The notes under the pieces were generated by a model. It saw nothing but the letters and a program-made list of their open reading frames with translations, made no database searches and was not told where the DNA came from. The translations under genes were made by a program, and so were the position numbers. This document shows positions 27,595 to 38,234 of a DNA stretch of 38,283 nt, one piece after another. The stretch is from positions 1-38,283 of the forward strand of contig JAYUVP010000064.1 of the NCBI GenBank assembly GCA_043753995.1, written 5' to 3'. This stretch comes from Fibrobacterota bacterium. Lineage in GTDB: Bacteria; Fibrobacterota; Fibrobacteria; UBA11236. The stretch's first letter is position 1, and each line of letters starts with the position of its first letter.

Positions 27595-30500
27595 GTGGCC
27601 CTGACTATGCTTAAAATGCGCGGATTACTCGGTGTGCTCACGGCAATTCTTGTCTTTCTGCTGCTCGCTGCCGGAGCCGGAAGCGCTGGCCTATGGTGGC
27701 TGGTGGGGCAAGATCGCGATGGAATCTTTACCAAGGAGGGTATTCTCAAAATCCTCTCGGTGGAAAGCGCGGTTTATTACAGTGACGGGCAAACCAAGGT
27801 CGGCACCTTTTATGAAGGCGCGCATCGTGATTATGTGCCTTTCGATTCCATCCCCAAGGCTTTGGTCGAGGGCTTGGTGGCCGCCGAAGATCATGGGTAT
27901 TGGACGCATCCGGGCATTGACGTCAAGGCCATAGCCTATGCCATGCTCGACAATGTTAAGGCCGGAAGCATGCGGCGGGGTGGCAGCACCCTTACCCAAC
28001 AAACCGCGAAAAATCTTTTCAATCGCAGGGGCCGAACCATTACGGGCAAGCTCAAGGAAATGGTCAATTCTTTGCGCCTCGAAAAGAATTTCACCAAGCA
28101 GGAAATACTGGAGTTTTATCTCAATCAGTTTTTCGTGTCCGGCAATGGGCATGGGGTGCGCATCGCGGCGCGCTATTTTTTCAATAAAGACCTGTCCCAG
28201 CTTGATTTGCTGGAATGCGCCTTCATTGCGGGGTCGGTGAAAGGGCCGAATCAATACAATCCGTTCTTGGCGGCAACGGCTGAGAAAAAAGCGGCCGTTT
28301 TGAAGCGCGGCCGGAATCGCGTCGGCTATGTGCTTAGCCAAATGCTGCGTACCAATAAAATCACCGAGGATCAATACAAGCAGGCCATGGCCAAGGCCAT
28401 TCCTTTTCGCCGAGGTGATTTCCGTTTCACGCTTTCAACCAATTTGGTCATGGCCAAGCGCATTCTCGAATCGCCGGAATTGCAGAAGGTGCTGGATCAA
28501 TACGATGTCGGCGAATGGATGAGCGAAGGTTTGAAAATCACCACCACGCTCGATGTTCGCCTACAAAAAGCCACCGAAGCGGCTATGTATCGCAATTTGG
28601 CGCGCCTCGATTTGATTTTGCGAGGCTATCACCCACCGGATAGCGAAAAAGTGAGTGTGCTTAGCCATTTTGAGCCCGCTCATCTGCAAGTAGGACGGGT
28701 GGTGAAAGTGCAGGTCGAAAAAGGCGAACCCATTGCCGTGGACGTGGACTTTGGAACCCTAAGCGGTCAGGTTTCCGCCGAAGCCCTGGATCGTTTTTTC
28801 CGTGCTTGGAACCTGCACGAAACCGGTAGCGCCGATTTGCCCTCGGCTAAAACCCGCGGGACCCTTGCGAACCGCTTATTCGCCACCGGAGCGCCGGTGA
28901 TGTGTCTCACGCCCTATTCCGCCGACCGTGATACGGTTTCACTCGATAAGCGCTTGGAAATCGTGCAAAGGCCGCAGGCACAAGGAGGTGGGCAAATACT
29001 CAAGGAGGGCCGGGTGCTCGCCAATGTCGGCGGCTTCGGCAATACTGGCTACGATCGCGTGAATCAGGCGCGCCGCCAATTCGGTTCGACTTTCAAGCCC
29101 ATCATTTATGCCGCGGCTCTTTCCCTGGGTTGGAAACCTTTGGACCCTGTGCCTAATATGCGCCAGGTATTCCGGGTGGGCACCACCTTCTATTTTCCTA
29201 AGCCTGATCATGCGCCCGAAGACACCGTCAGCATGGCGTGGGCCGGGCGGCGTTCAGAAAATATTGCCAGCGTTTATCTCCTTTACCATTTGCTCGACAA
29301 GACCGACTTCGCCAAATTTTGGCAGTCGGCGCGAGAGGTTGGCCTGGCGCCGGAGAATTTCTCTATGCAGGAGGAATTCGCCATCTTCGTGCGCGATTCC
29401 CTGGGGCTTGTCCTTGATGACCGGCATTTGGCGGAATTGCGATTTCAAAAGGCCGCCCAAGACGTAGCCATCGACATCACTTTTGAAGGCCGAGAGGGAG
29501 AGGGTGAGGCGCTGAAGTCCCTGCCTTTCGGTTTAGGTTTTCGCAATGAGCGCAACAAGTACGCGGGATCACGCGACAAAGAAGATCAGTTGCGCTTTCT
29601 CATACTCAAGCGCTGCTATCTCGAATACCTGACCTTGGCCGATATCTGGTCACGCCGCGCTTCGGAGGGCTTGCAAGTGGTGGTGGCCAAGCGACGAGGT
29701 GAGGCCAATGGCGGGGCCCTCGGTATTTTCGAAGCTTTGCCGGACACAACCTGGGAAACCGTGCCAGATCCGAATATGGCCACCTTGGACGACAGCGTTT
29801 TCGTGCAAGGAGAAATCAGCGTGGCCACCTTGAACCGGTTACGTCAGAAAATCGCCGAGAGAAATGAGGACGGAGAAGGCCCCAGCTATACCAAGGAAAA
29901 TCTTTTCACCTCTTCCGACTTTCGCGCCTTGGTTGCTTTGCGGAGCATTGTGGCCTTTAGTCGCAAGCTCGGCATTCATGCGCCTTTGGAGCCTGTGCTT
30001 GCCTTTCCCCTGGGCGTGAACGTGATTTCCCTGGGAGAAGCGGCCAATGCTTATCAAGCCTTTGCTGACGGGTATGCCTACAAAACCAAGGCGGGTGCTC
30101 CCCAGCTCTTCGTCGAGCGGGTGGCCTTGCGTGATGGGAAAGTGATTTATGAGGATTATCTCGATCGTGAGAAAATCATCGACGACAAAACCAGGGCGGG
30201 TTTGGAAGCCATTTTGGGTGAAGTGGTGACGGGTGGTACGGGACAACATATTGGCAGGGAATTGCGGGTGCAAGCGGGCGAAAACGGAGAAGTACGCTTG
30301 CGGATTCCCGCCTACGGTAAAACGGGAACCACCAATGATTATCGCAATGCGGCCTTTCTCGGTTTCGTGGCCGCTCCTCGCGGTCCGGGTAAAGGATTCG
30401 ACGCCTCGGTGGGCACTACCATGGCGGTTTATGCCGGCTTTGATGACAATCGCATCATGAGTAGGCGCGGCTTCAAAGCCACGGGCGCAAGCGCCGGTAT

Positions 30501-30786
30501 TCCCGCTTGGCTCGACATGGCGCGGGCGGTTTGCGCCGTAGGCGAATTCGCCAAAAACGCCGATGTATTGGATTTGGAAGTGCAGGCCACGGGCGAGCCC
30601 AGCATGTTTCAGGATGAGAAATACCGGAAGTACATTGTCTCGCGGCGCACAGGCTTGGTAATAGCCGGATCTGAAAATGAGAATGCGGCTTCGGCCTATA
30701 CCGAAGATTTTTCCGATGAATTCTCCGGTCCGGAAGCGGCCTCAACCGGAGCCGCCGTAGAAACGGTTCGCATTCGCGAAGAATAA
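27595..30786 (+). CDS. Class A penicillin-binding protein (PBP1A-like transglycosylase/transpeptidase)
   Basis: N-terminal TM; TG motifs AAED and GGSTLTQQTAKN; TP motifs STFK, SEN, KTG; 1063 aa with insertions. Confidence 0.93.
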   Translation: MALTMLKMRGLLGVLTAILVFLLLAAGAGSAGLWWLVGQDRDGIFTKEGILKILSVESAVYYSDGQTKVGTFYEGAHRDYVPFDSIPKALVEGLVAAEDHGYWTHPGIDVKAIAYAMLDNVKAGSMRRGGSTLTQQTAKNLFNRRGRTITGKLKEMVNSLRLEKNFTKQEILEFYLNQFFVSGNGHGVRIAARYFFNKDLSQLDLLECAFIAGSVKGPNQYNPFLAATAEKKAAVLKRGRNRVGYVLSQMLRTNKITEDQYKQAMAKAIPFRRGDFRFTLSTNLVMAKRILESPELQKVLDQYDVGEWMSEGLKITTTLDVRLQKATEAAMYRNLARLDLILRGYHPPDSEKVSVLSHFEPAHLQVGRVVKVQVEKGEPIAVDVDFGTLSGQVSAEALDRFFRAWNLHETGSADLPSAKTRGTLANRLFATGAPVMCLTPYSADRDTVSLDKRLEIVQRPQAQGGGQILKEGRVLANVGGFGNTGYDRVNQARRQFGSTFKPIIYAAALSLGWKPLDPVPNMRQVFRVGTTFYFPKPDHAPEDTVSMAWAGRRSENIASVYLLYHLLDKTDFAKFWQSAREVGLAPENFSMQEEFAIFVRDSLGLVLDDRHLAELRFQKAAQDVAIDITFEGREGEGEALKSLPFGLGFRNERNKYAGSRDKEDQLRFLILKRCYLEYLTLADIWSRRASEGLQVVVAKRRGEANGGALGIFEALPDTTWETVPDPNMATLDDSVFVQGEISVATLNRLRQKIAERNEDGEGPSYTKENLFTSSDFRALVALRSIVAFSRKLGIHAPLEPVLAFPLGVNVISLGEAANAYQAFADGYAYKTKAGAPQLFVERVALRDGKVIYEDYLDREKIIDDKTRAGLEAILGEVVTGGTGQHIGRELRVQAGENGEVRLRIPAYGKTGTTNDYRNAAFLGFVAAPRGPGKGFDASVGTTMAVYAGFDDNRIMSRRGFKATGASAGIPAWLDMARAVCAVGEFAKNADVLDLEVQATGEPSMFQDEKYRKYIVSRRTGLVIAGSENENAASAYTEDFSDEFSGPEAASTGAAVETVRIREE

Positions 30787-30795
30787 AGGCTGACC

Positions 30796-32097
30796 TTGAA
30801 CTCTAAAGCGACGGAGTCGATTATTAAAAGCAAGACCCTGTACCGACCCAGAATCGCTTCGGCCATTCCTGCCGTGACTTGCCTTATTTCCATTTCGCTC
30901 GTGTCCTGGTTCACCGGCTGCGCGGGAACCTCATCACCCAAAAATCCGTCAACAGGGAAAAAGCCTCCCGCAGTCAAGGTCGACACCGGTGCCCGGGATT
31001 TAGAAGCCATGCGCAGTGGCTTGAAAACCAAGGAGGATTCGCTGGTTCTCGATCTATTGCAAGGCTTTCGCGCCTTGCGATTACAAGGAGAATCCGATGG
31101 CGCTGATGCCGATGCGGTTGGACGAGGTCGGCGGGCTTACGATGAATTGGAAGCGCGTTTGCGCCAGGGCGGGCTGAAAAGCAAGGCCGGCGGCGAAAGG
31201 GTTTATAGCATTGGCGACCAGGACAATCTGACCTTGCTGGATGTGCTCACGGTGGCCAGCAAGAGTGCCCAAAAGCTTTTGTTGGAAGGCGATATGGAAA
31301 AGGCAAAGGCGCGCAATCGCGATATCGTTCTCAATCGCGCCGCTTTGTCCTTCGCGGTGGAAGATGCCATTTGGGGTTTGGCCCTGGCCGATGCTATGGA
31401 ATCGACAGTCATTCCTGAACCCACTAAGCGTAAACTGAAGGCCTTGCATGAGTCCTATGTGCACGATGCCACCCAAGACGAAATCGTGCGCGAAGTGAAT
31501 GGCCTTCTCGCCGAAGTACCCGAGGAAAAGCTGCGACAGCAATTGAAAAAGTTGGCGAATCGAGCCTGGGAGCGCGATAGACGCGCAAACCGTGTGCCTC
31601 AAGGCGCTAAAAAAGCCGTGCTGCAAGACACCGTGCCGCCTGCTCCTGTAACGCCTGCGCCAGCCAAGGTTGTCAATGGGGTGGCCGAAGCCGCTACTGC
31701 CATGACGCCACTAGCAGCCAAGGCGGATACAGTCCCCATGATTGCGGCCGAAAGCAATTCCCAGCAGGCCAAAATTGATTCCCTGATTGGCGCGGGCAAA
31801 TACATTCCTGCCCTGCATGCCCTGGAAGCCTTGGACGCGGCCGCGAATGCTGAGTTCATCCGCGATCGTCGCCAAAAGTCGGGTGAGCGTTTTTGCGACG
31901 ATAGACGTCGCACCGCAGCCGATTCTTATAAACGCGCGCGATCCGCATCCGTGGATTCGGTGAAGGGGCAGCTTTTGCGGAAGACCGCAGCGGAATTGGA
32001 TTCTTGCCTATTCTATTTTCCCGAAACTTCGGTGGGCGCCAAGGTCAAGCGCAATCGTGAAATGATCGAAGCTGAACTCAAAAAACTGCCGAAATGA
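30796..32097 (+). CDS. Putative lipoprotein, alpha-helical, function unknown
   Basis: Hydrophobic stretch ending in a lipobox-like FTGC; Pro/Ala linker; helical C-terminal domain with two Cys; 9 nt after PBP1A and ATGA overlap with nadC. Confidence 0.75.
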   Translation: MNSKATESIIKSKTLYRPRIASAIPAVTCLISISLVSWFTGCAGTSSPKNPSTGKKPPAVKVDTGARDLEAMRSGLKTKEDSLVLDLLQGFRALRLQGESDGADADAVGRGRRAYDELEARLRQGGLKSKAGGERVYSIGDQDNLTLLDVLTVASKSAQKLLLEGDMEKAKARNRDIVLNRAALSFAVEDAIWGLALADAMESTVIPEPTKRKLKALHESYVHDATQDEIVREVNGLLAEVPEEKLRQQLKKLANRAWERDRRANRVPQGAKKAVLQDTVPPAPVTPAPAKVVNGVAEAATAMTPLAAKADTVPMIAAESNSQQAKIDSLIGAGKYIPALHALEALDAAANAEFIRDRRQKSGERFCDDRRRTAADSYKRARSASVDSVKGQLLRKTAAELDSCLFYFPETSVGAKVKRNREMIEAELKKLPK

Positions 32098-32987
32098 ATT
32101 CACCTCGCAAAATAACACCCGCCGACTTGCCGATATTTCCGAGTCGAAGTATAAAAGCCTTGTTGTCTTTGGCCTTTGAAGAAGATGAAGGCCGCGGCGA
32201 CATCACCTCCTTGGCCACCCTATCGGAAAACCATCGCTCCTCGGCAGTTTTGCTCGCGAAATCCGACGGAATTTTGGCGGGCCTACCGGTGATCGGCGAG
32301 GTGTTTCGTCATCGTGGTTTGGCGCCGCATATTGAGGCCTTGGCTTCCGAAGGGCAGGCATTTCAAAGCGGGCAAATTCTCGCCAAGCTACAGGGGTATA
32401 CCCGTGACTTGCTCCTTTGTGAACGCATTTTGCTCAATTTCATGCAGAGGATGACTGGCATCGCCACTTTGACCCAGTCCTTTGTCAAAGCGTTGGAAGG
32501 TTCGGCGACAAAGATTCTCGACACGCGCAAAACCTTACCAGGCTTTCGGGATCTCGACAAGTACGCCGTGGTCGTCGGTGGAGGCACCAATCACCGCCGC
32601 GGCCTCTACGATCAAATCCTCATCAAGGACAATCACGCCGCGGCTTGCGGCGGGGTGCGCGAAGCGGTACGTCGGGCCCGCGCCAAATACGGCGGCAGCT
32701 ATGTCGTCGAATGCGAAGTCCGTACCCAAGAAGAATTGGAAAGCCTGGCTGGCGAATCGGTCGACATCGTTTTGCTAGACAATATGCAGGATCAAGACTT
32801 ACGAGCAGCCATAGCTTGGGCCCGTTCTCGTATGCCGAAACTGAAACTTGAGGCAAGCGGCAATATGGACTTGCCGCGAGTGAAAAGCTTGCGTGATTTC
32901 GGCCTCGATTTCATTTCGGTCGGTGCTCTGACGCATAGCGTGAAAGCCGCCGACCTCAGCCTCGATATCGTCGCGGATCCAGGCTAA
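32094..32987 (+). CDS. nadC: Nicotinate-nucleotide pyrophosphorylase (quinolinate phosphoribosyltransferase)
   Basis: ED...GDITS, DTRKTLPG, NHR.GL.D, LIKDNH, LLDN, EASG, ISVGALTHS. Confidence 0.97.
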   Translation: MNSPRKITPADLPIFPSRSIKALLSLAFEEDEGRGDITSLATLSENHRSSAVLLAKSDGILAGLPVIGEVFRHRGLAPHIEALASEGQAFQSGQILAKLQGYTRDLLLCERILLNFMQRMTGIATLTQSFVKALEGSATKILDTRKTLPGFRDLDKYAVVVGGGTNHRRGLYDQILIKDNHAAACGGVREAVRRARAKYGGSYVVECEVRTQEELESLAGESVDIVLLDNMQDQDLRAAIAWARSRMPKLKLEASGNMDLPRVKSLRDFGLDFISVGALTHSVKAADLSLDIVADPG

Positions 32988-32990
32988 ACC

Positions 32991-33815
32991 ATGGCGCGAC
33001 AACTGGTCATCGATATTGGCAATACCCAGACCGTACTGGGCCTTTTTCAGGGGCCCAAAATTCTACAGCGCTGGCGTTTGCCGACGCGCAAAGAAGCCAC
33101 GGCCGATGAAATCACTCTTTCCCTTGCTGGCTTGGTGGCTCCCAAGGTCGGGAAAAAGGATAAGCTCGAAATCGCCATGGCCTCCGTGGTGCCAGCTTTG
33201 GACGGCCAATGGATAAGTGCAGTCGAAACGGTTTGGGGCCGTGCTCCACGAGTTTTGAATTGGCAAGATTGCGGCGGCCTGGAATTGCAATATGAAATTC
33301 CCAAACAAATCGGCGCGGACCGCCTGGCCAATGTGCTCGGTGCACGAGCCCTTGGGCATCGGTGCGGAATTGTCATCGATTTCGGCACCGCCACGACTTT
33401 CGACGTATTCGAGGGTGATGCTTATTTGGGCGGCGTCATATGCCCGGGAATTGTGACAAGCATGCGCAGCTTCGTCGCCGGCACGGCTAAGCTCTCCGAA
33501 CCGGAATTGAAATGGCCATCGGGTTTTATTGGCAAGACTACCGATGAAGCCTTGCGGATTGGTTTTTTGCATGGCACCGTGGGCATGGTGGAGCATTTGC
33601 TGCAAGGCCTGCTCGCCGAAAAGCCTTTGAAAAATCCCTCCATTATCGCCACCGGCGGATTGGCGGGCTGGGTTTTCGGACGTGCCCAAGGTATAGGCCA
33701 CCATGAGCCCGATATCACCCTGCTAGGACTTCGGCATTTATTGAATTTACCCTCCGCGCCTGACCTGGGCGTTTCGGGCAAGACAAAATCACATCGTTCG
33801 CGAAAGGTCATTTGA
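32991..33815 (+). CDS. coaX: Type III pantothenate kinase
   Basis: [37 protein letters not shown]. Confidence 0.96.
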   Translation: MARQLVIDIGNTQTVLGLFQGPKILQRWRLPTRKEATADEITLSLAGLVAPKVGKKDKLEIAMASVVPALDGQWISAVETVWGRAPRVLNWQDCGGLELQYEIPKQIGADRLANVLGARALGHRCGIVIDFGTATTFDVFEGDAYLGGVICPGIVTSMRSFVAGTAKLSEPELKWPSGFIGKTTDEALRIGFLHGTVGMVEHLLQGLLAEKPLKNPSIIATGGLAGWVFGRAQGIGHHEPDITLLGLRHLLNLPSAPDLGVSGKTKSHRSRKVI

Positions 33816-34762
33816 TGCGTATACTCATAACCGGTGGAGCGGGATTTCTCGGCTCCCATCTCTGCGACCGCCTATTGAATGCAGGCCATGAAGTCGTCTG
33901 CTTAGACAATTATTTCACTGGCAGCAAACACAATATCGAGCATTTGCGGGATCATCGCGCTTTTGAATTGATTCGTCATGACGTGACCATGCCAATCTTT
34001 CTCGAAGTCGATCGCATTTACAATCTCGCTTGCCCCGCATCGCCGGTTCATTATCAATTCAATCCGGTGAAGACGACCAAGACTTCGGTCATGGGTGCCA
34101 TCAATATGCTTGGCTTGGCCAAGCGCGTGAAAGCCCGCGTCTTGCAGGCCTCCACCAGCGAGGTCTATGGCGATCCCCAAGTGCACCCGCAAACCGAGAG
34201 CTATTGGGGACATGTCAATCCCATCGGCATTCGCTCTTGCTATGACGAAGGCAAGCGAGTGGCCGAGACCTTGTTCTTCGACTACCACCGCCAGAATTCC
34301 GTAGACATTCGCGTGATTCGCATTTTCAATACCTATGGCCCCCGCATGCATCCCAGCGACGGGCGTGTGGTGAGCAATTTCATCGTGCAAGCATTGCAGG
34401 GCAAGGACATCACGATTTATGGTGATGGCAAACAGACGCGCAGCTTTTGCTACTACGACGACTTGCTTGAAGGCATGACCCGCCTCATGGAACATCCCAG
34501 TTTCATTGGGCCCGTGAATGTCGGTAATCCTACCGAATTCACCATACGAGAATTGGCTGAGCAGGTGATTTCCATGACAGGCAGCAAGAGCAAGCTTGTG
34601 AACAATCCCCTGCCAAGTGATGATCCCAAACAGCGTAAGCCCGATATTTCCCTGGCCCGCGAAAAGCTGGGCTGGGAACCCAAAATTGCCTTGAAAGACG
34701 GCTTGGTGAAAACCATAGCCTATTTCGACCGGGCTCTTGCCTCGGGCGTTTTTAAGGTTTAA
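33815..34762 (+). CDS. UDP-glucuronic acid decarboxylase (UDP-xylose synthase) family SDR
   Basis: [57 protein letters not shown]. Confidence 0.95.
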   Translation: MRILITGGAGFLGSHLCDRLLNAGHEVVCLDNYFTGSKHNIEHLRDHRAFELIRHDVTMPIFLEVDRIYNLACPASPVHYQFNPVKTTKTSVMGAINMLGLAKRVKARVLQASTSEVYGDPQVHPQTESYWGHVNPIGIRSCYDEGKRVAETLFFDYHRQNSVDIRVIRIFNTYGPRMHPSDGRVVSNFIVQALQGKDITIYGDGKQTRSFCYYDDLLEGMTRLMEHPSFIGPVNVGNPTEFTIRELAEQVISMTGSKSKLVNNPLPSDDPKQRKPDISLAREKLGWEPKIALKDGLVKTIAYFDRALASGVFKV

Positions 34763-35528
34763 TCCAGCAAGCCGCCCAAGTGCTCCAAGTGGCATACACT
34801 CCGGAGCCCTTGCGGTAGCGTTGGCGATACGCCTCGGCCAAGTGACTTAATTCACTGCGCCGAAGCGGCCTTTCCGAGCCGCCTCCGGTGGCGCCCAGCT
34901 TTGCCAGAACTCGCAGCAAGTCTTCAGGCTGCTCAAAGCTCTCTCTTTCGTCCATACCCTTCCAGGCTTTAAGAATAAGGCCAGCGTCTTCGGCGGCGGT
35001 TTGCACCGTTTCCGCGTCATGGCCAATCTTGGCATGAACGGGTAAGCCCAAGGCTTGTAGGGAGTTTCGTAATTCGGGCAAATTGTCGTCGAGAAAGCCC
35101 GAAACCCAGAGGCTACCCCCGGAGCGCAGCAAGTCGGCACATCCCTGAAAATGGGCCCTCAAATCTGGAAACCATTGCACCAGGGCATTTGATGCGACAA
35201 GGTCGAAAGGTGCCTTGGGCAAGGTCGCTGGCCATTCGGGCTTTTCGGCATCCCATTCGAAAAAATGATTTTCACCGACCGTGATTTTTTGGCGTGTGGC
35301 CTGCAACATCAAGGGCGCCGCGTCGCTGGCCCAAAGCGAAGCGTCAGGAAAGTTTTCGCGCAGGCGGGTAGTGAGTAGGCCCGTGCCACATCCCATCTCC
35401 AAAATGCGCCGGGGAGGTGAGGCCCGCCGATGCATTTGCATCAAGGCCTCAGCCAAACGGATTTGCACCCCGGCGTTTTGATCATAGGTCGCTGCGGCGC
35501 GATTGAAACGTTGCACCACCGCCTTCAT
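34752..35528 (-). CDS. bioC: Malonyl-ACP O-methyltransferase BioC-like
   Basis: [39 protein letters not shown]; start ATG 35528 overlaps the upstream stop; lies in the bio operon. Confidence 0.88.
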   Translation of the reverse strand: MKAVVQRFNRAAATYDQNAGVQIRLAEALMQMHRRASPPRRILEMGCGTGLLTTRLRENFPDASLWASDAAPLMLQATRQKITVGENHFFEWDAEKPEWPATLPKAPFDLVASNALVQWFPDLRAHFQGCADLLRSGGSLWVSGFLDDNLPELRNSLQALGLPVHAKIGHDAETVQTAAEDAGLILKAWKGMDERESFEQPEDLLRVLAKLGATGGGSERPLRRSELSHLAEAYRQRYRKGSGVYATWSTWAACWIKP

Positions 35529-36223
35529 GACGGCTTTTCCTGCCGCCTGCGTATTGCGACGATTTCCTGTCGAAGGGTCTCGGCGCCTTCGCTGAACGGC
35601 CAATGCCCCAGGGGAAGACAATGAAAATCCGCTGCGGGTAAATGGTTTTTCCAGTGGCCTTCGTCGAAGGGAAACAGGGGATCTTTGGCATCGCCGAATA
35701 GTTGCAAGCCTGCGCCTTGCCCTGGGATGCGATTTAAGTCGACGCGCAGGCTTTGCAGGGCACCAAGACCCGCATCTAAATTCTCGCTGGGTTGTTCCAC
35801 GGCCTCGTTTAGCCATTCTGCTTTGGCCGCATCGCGGTCATGAGCCATGATTGCCCAGAATTCTTCCAATACTTCTTGTTTGTTTTGCGGAAGTTTTTTT
35901 CTCATACGTGAGAGAATGCGCTCAGGCCAAGGACCTTGGGGCGCACAGAAAGCATCGATGGGGCAGAGCAATAGGGCGGGGAAAGTCAATGGCTTTTGGG
36001 TAACCTGCAGGTGACGTAACAGCAAAAGAGCGCCCAAAGACCAGGCTAGGATAACGGTTTTCTCCGGCAATGCGGCTAGGACGGAAGCCAATTGCGCGGG
36101 CTCGCTGGCGATTTCATGGCTGTCGCAGTCTATCCAAATCGCCTCGGGATCCAGGGGTGAAAGCACGGATTTCATGCCAGCATAGGGTGATGCCCAGCCG
36201 CCCAGCCATAGTACGGTTTTCAT
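35525..36223 (-). CDS. Alpha/beta hydrolase, probable pimeloyl-ACP methyl ester esterase (BioH/BioG-like)
   Basis: LGGWA oxyanion motif, AWSLG nucleophile, KDPL Asp, GHWPF His; between bioF and bioC; start ATG 36223 overlaps the bioF stop. Confidence 0.8.
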   Translation of the reverse strand: MKTVLWLGGWASPYAGMKSVLSPLDPEAIWIDCDSHEIASEPAQLASVLAALPEKTVILAWSLGALLLLRHLQVTQKPLTFPALLLCPIDAFCAPQGPWPERILSRMRKKLPQNKQEVLEEFWAIMAHDRDAAKAEWLNEAVEQPSENLDAGLGALQSLRVDLNRIPGQGAGLQLFGDAKDPLFPFDEGHWKNHLPAADFHCLPLGHWPFSEGAETLRQEIVAIRRRQEKPS

Positions 36224-37419
36224 CGCCGGTCGCCGCCTTGGTTGGCCCTGGCCACGATCAAGGCTGCAATCAATTTTTGCAAATCGGCAACGGTGAAAGC
36301 CGAGGTCAAGGACAAGCGGAGGCGCGATGCTCCGGTTGGCACCGTGGGCGGGCGTATGGCGGGGGCATGCACACCTTGATTGCGCAAAGAAGCCGACCAA
36401 GCCAAGGCGGCTTCCGAGCTGCCGACTAGGACTGGGATAATATGGCTTTGGCTCGACCCGAGATGAAAGCCTTCCTGAATCAAGCCTTCGCGCAAGGTTT
36501 TGGCCCGAAGGGACAAGGTTTCGGCGCGCTCCGGTTCGGCCGCAGCGACGTCCATGGCTACGGCGGCGGCGGCCAATACAGGCGGAGGCAAAGCGGTGCT
36601 AAAAAGAAAAGTCCGGCAGGCATTGACGATATAGGCAATCACTTCTGCAGGCGCGGCGACATAGGCGCCAAAGCCGCCAAAAGCCTTGCCGAAAGTTCCC
36701 ATGATAATGAGACGTTCACGGCCTTGCAGGCGCGACTCGAGCATGCCGGGCATGCAAAGGGTGCTATGCGCTTCGTCGAGGTAAAGCCAAAAACCATGGC
36801 GGTCTTGCAAAGCGAATAAATCATCCAGAGGCGCGAGATCGCCGTCCATGCTGAAAAGGGTTTCGCTGACCACCAGGCTATTCTCTCCGCCATGACTGCG
36901 CAGCAAAGCTTCCAGGTGATTCATGTCGGCGTGGCGATAACGGTGAAAGCCTTGAGCGCTTTCTTTGCGGCCCTTAAGCGGTTTGCTCAATCCGGCATTG
37001 GAGAAAACCAAGCCGTCCATCACGCTGGCGTGGTTGGCGTGATCGCTGAAAATCGGACCAAGCAGGGAACCTAGGGCTTGCATGAGACCGAGATTGGCCA
37101 TGAAGCCGGTATTGAAAAGGAGGGTATTACCCAGGGGACGGTAACTGCGAAGTTTCTCTTCCAGCGCAACATGCCAAGGCGTAGTGCCGCCTAAAAGCCG
37201 AGCCCCTCCGGCGCCCACGCCGTCTTGGCGGGCGGCAACGGCGGCCGCTTCCGCCAGGGCCGGGTGTTGCGCCAAATCGAGATAATTGTTGGAGGCGGCA
37301 TTAAGCAATTCCCGGCCTTGCCAGCGAATGCTTTTGCCCGGCGCGCCTTCCAAGGTCATCAGGCTTCTTTCGCCCTGCTGATTGCGAATGCGCGTCAGCG
37401 CTTCATGGAAGGGATTCAC
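36220..37419 (-). CDS. bioF: 8-amino-7-oxononanoate synthase
   Basis: SNNYL, TGFMAN, NHAS..DG, FSMDGD, DEAH, GTFGKAFG (PLP Lys), AIRPPTVP...RLR. Confidence 0.95.
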   Translation of the reverse strand: MNPFHEALTRIRNQQGERSLMTLEGAPGKSIRWQGRELLNAASNNYLDLAQHPALAEAAAVAARQDGVGAGGARLLGGTTPWHVALEEKLRSYRPLGNTLLFNTGFMANLGLMQALGSLLGPIFSDHANHASVMDGLVFSNAGLSKPLKGRKESAQGFHRYRHADMNHLEALLRSHGGENSLVVSETLFSMDGDLAPLDDLFALQDRHGFWLYLDEAHSTLCMPGMLESRLQGRERLIIMGTFGKAFGGFGAYVAAPAEVIAYIVNACRTFLFSTALPPPVLAAAAVAMDVAAAEPERAETLSLRAKTLREGLIQEGFHLGSSQSHIIPVLVGSSEAALAWSASLRNQGVHAPAIRPPTVPTGASRLRLSLTSAFTVADLQKLIAALIVARANQGGDRR

Positions 37420-37435
37420 GGTTTTAGGTTATCAG

Positions 37436-38152
37436 CTAGACGCGCCAAAGACGCTTGGCTCCGGCATCCAGGGCTTGGCGCCATAGGCGGCGCTCGCCTT
37501 CAGACAAAGCACCCGGCTCATTCCAAGCCGGAAGGAAAGGCAATTCGGCAAGGCAGGGCAAGTCCAGTAAATCCATGAGGGTGTCGCGATTGTCTTGGCT
37601 CAAGGCCGAATCGGCGCTTTCCGTATGCACCAAAGCGAATCCGGCGACCTTGGCGCCCTGGTCACGCATCCAGGCAACCGTGGCGATGGTGTGATGCAAG
37701 GTGCCTAGTCCTGGGGCCGCTGCGACAATCCATTGGGTTTGCTTGGGGGCAATCCTTAAAACTCCCCAGCCTTGCCGCGAAAAGGGTACAGCGGCTCCGC
37801 CGGCGCCTTCGAGGATGACGCAATCGTGATTTGCTGCCAAGGCCAGGGTCGCTTGTAATAGGGAGTCAGCATTCAGGCGAATGCCCTCCTTTTCGGCTGC
37901 CAAATGGGGCGAGGCCGCCATTTTTAATGAAATGGAATTGTGAAAAGTGAAGGGGTTACCCAATTTAGCGGCCAACCCATCGGCGTCGCCGCCTTCTTTG
38001 TGGCCATCTGGCAGGGGTGACGCTCCGCATTGCACCGGCTTGTGATAGGCCGTGCGAAGACCACGGTGTTGCGCCGATAGCAATAAGGCACCCGATAGGG
38101 CAGTTTTTCCTATGCCGGTGCCGGTGCCGGTGACGCCGAGAATGGTTGTCAT
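37436..38152 (-). CDS. bioD: Dethiobiotin synthase
   Basis: VTGTGTGIGKT, KPVQCG, SPHLAA, EGAGG, LGTLHHT. Confidence 0.93.
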   Translation of the reverse strand: MTTILGVTGTGTGIGKTALSGALLLSAQHRGLRTAYHKPVQCGASPLPDGHKEGGDADGLAAKLGNPFTFHNSISLKMAASPHLAAEKEGIRLNADSLLQATLALAANHDCVILEGAGGAAVPFSRQGWGVLRIAPKQTQWIVAAAPGLGTLHHTIATVAWMRDQGAKVAGFALVHTESADSALSQDNRDTLMDLLDLPCLAELPFLPAWNEPGALSEGERRLWRQALDAGAKRLWRV

Positions 38153-38186
38153 AGGGTAAAAGGTAGCAGGAGGAGCCCCTGGATAT

Positions 38187-38216
38187 TTGACATGGTGGGG
38201 GCCAAACTCCTAACTT
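38187..38216 (+). promoter_or_regulatory. Putative sigma70 promoter of tRNA-Val
   Basis: Consensus TTGACA-18 nt-TAACTT followed by GC-rich ATCGGCCCC. Confidence 0.5.
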
Positions 38217-38234
38217 ATCGGCCCCTGATCTTCC

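Noticed and set aside
22575..34762. Three short convergent gene overlaps (22575-22578, 24702-24712, 34752-34762)
   Set aside because: Short tail-to-tail overlaps are common in compact genomes.
35529..35816. Long Arg-rich N-terminal extension of the bioC ORF (and of the esterase ORF to 36400)
   Set aside because: Overlap upstream genes out of frame; ATGA-coupled starts at 35528 and 36223 fit better.
38113..38133. TGCCGG tandem repeat
   Set aside because: Simply encodes the Gly-Thr repeats of the BioD P-loop.
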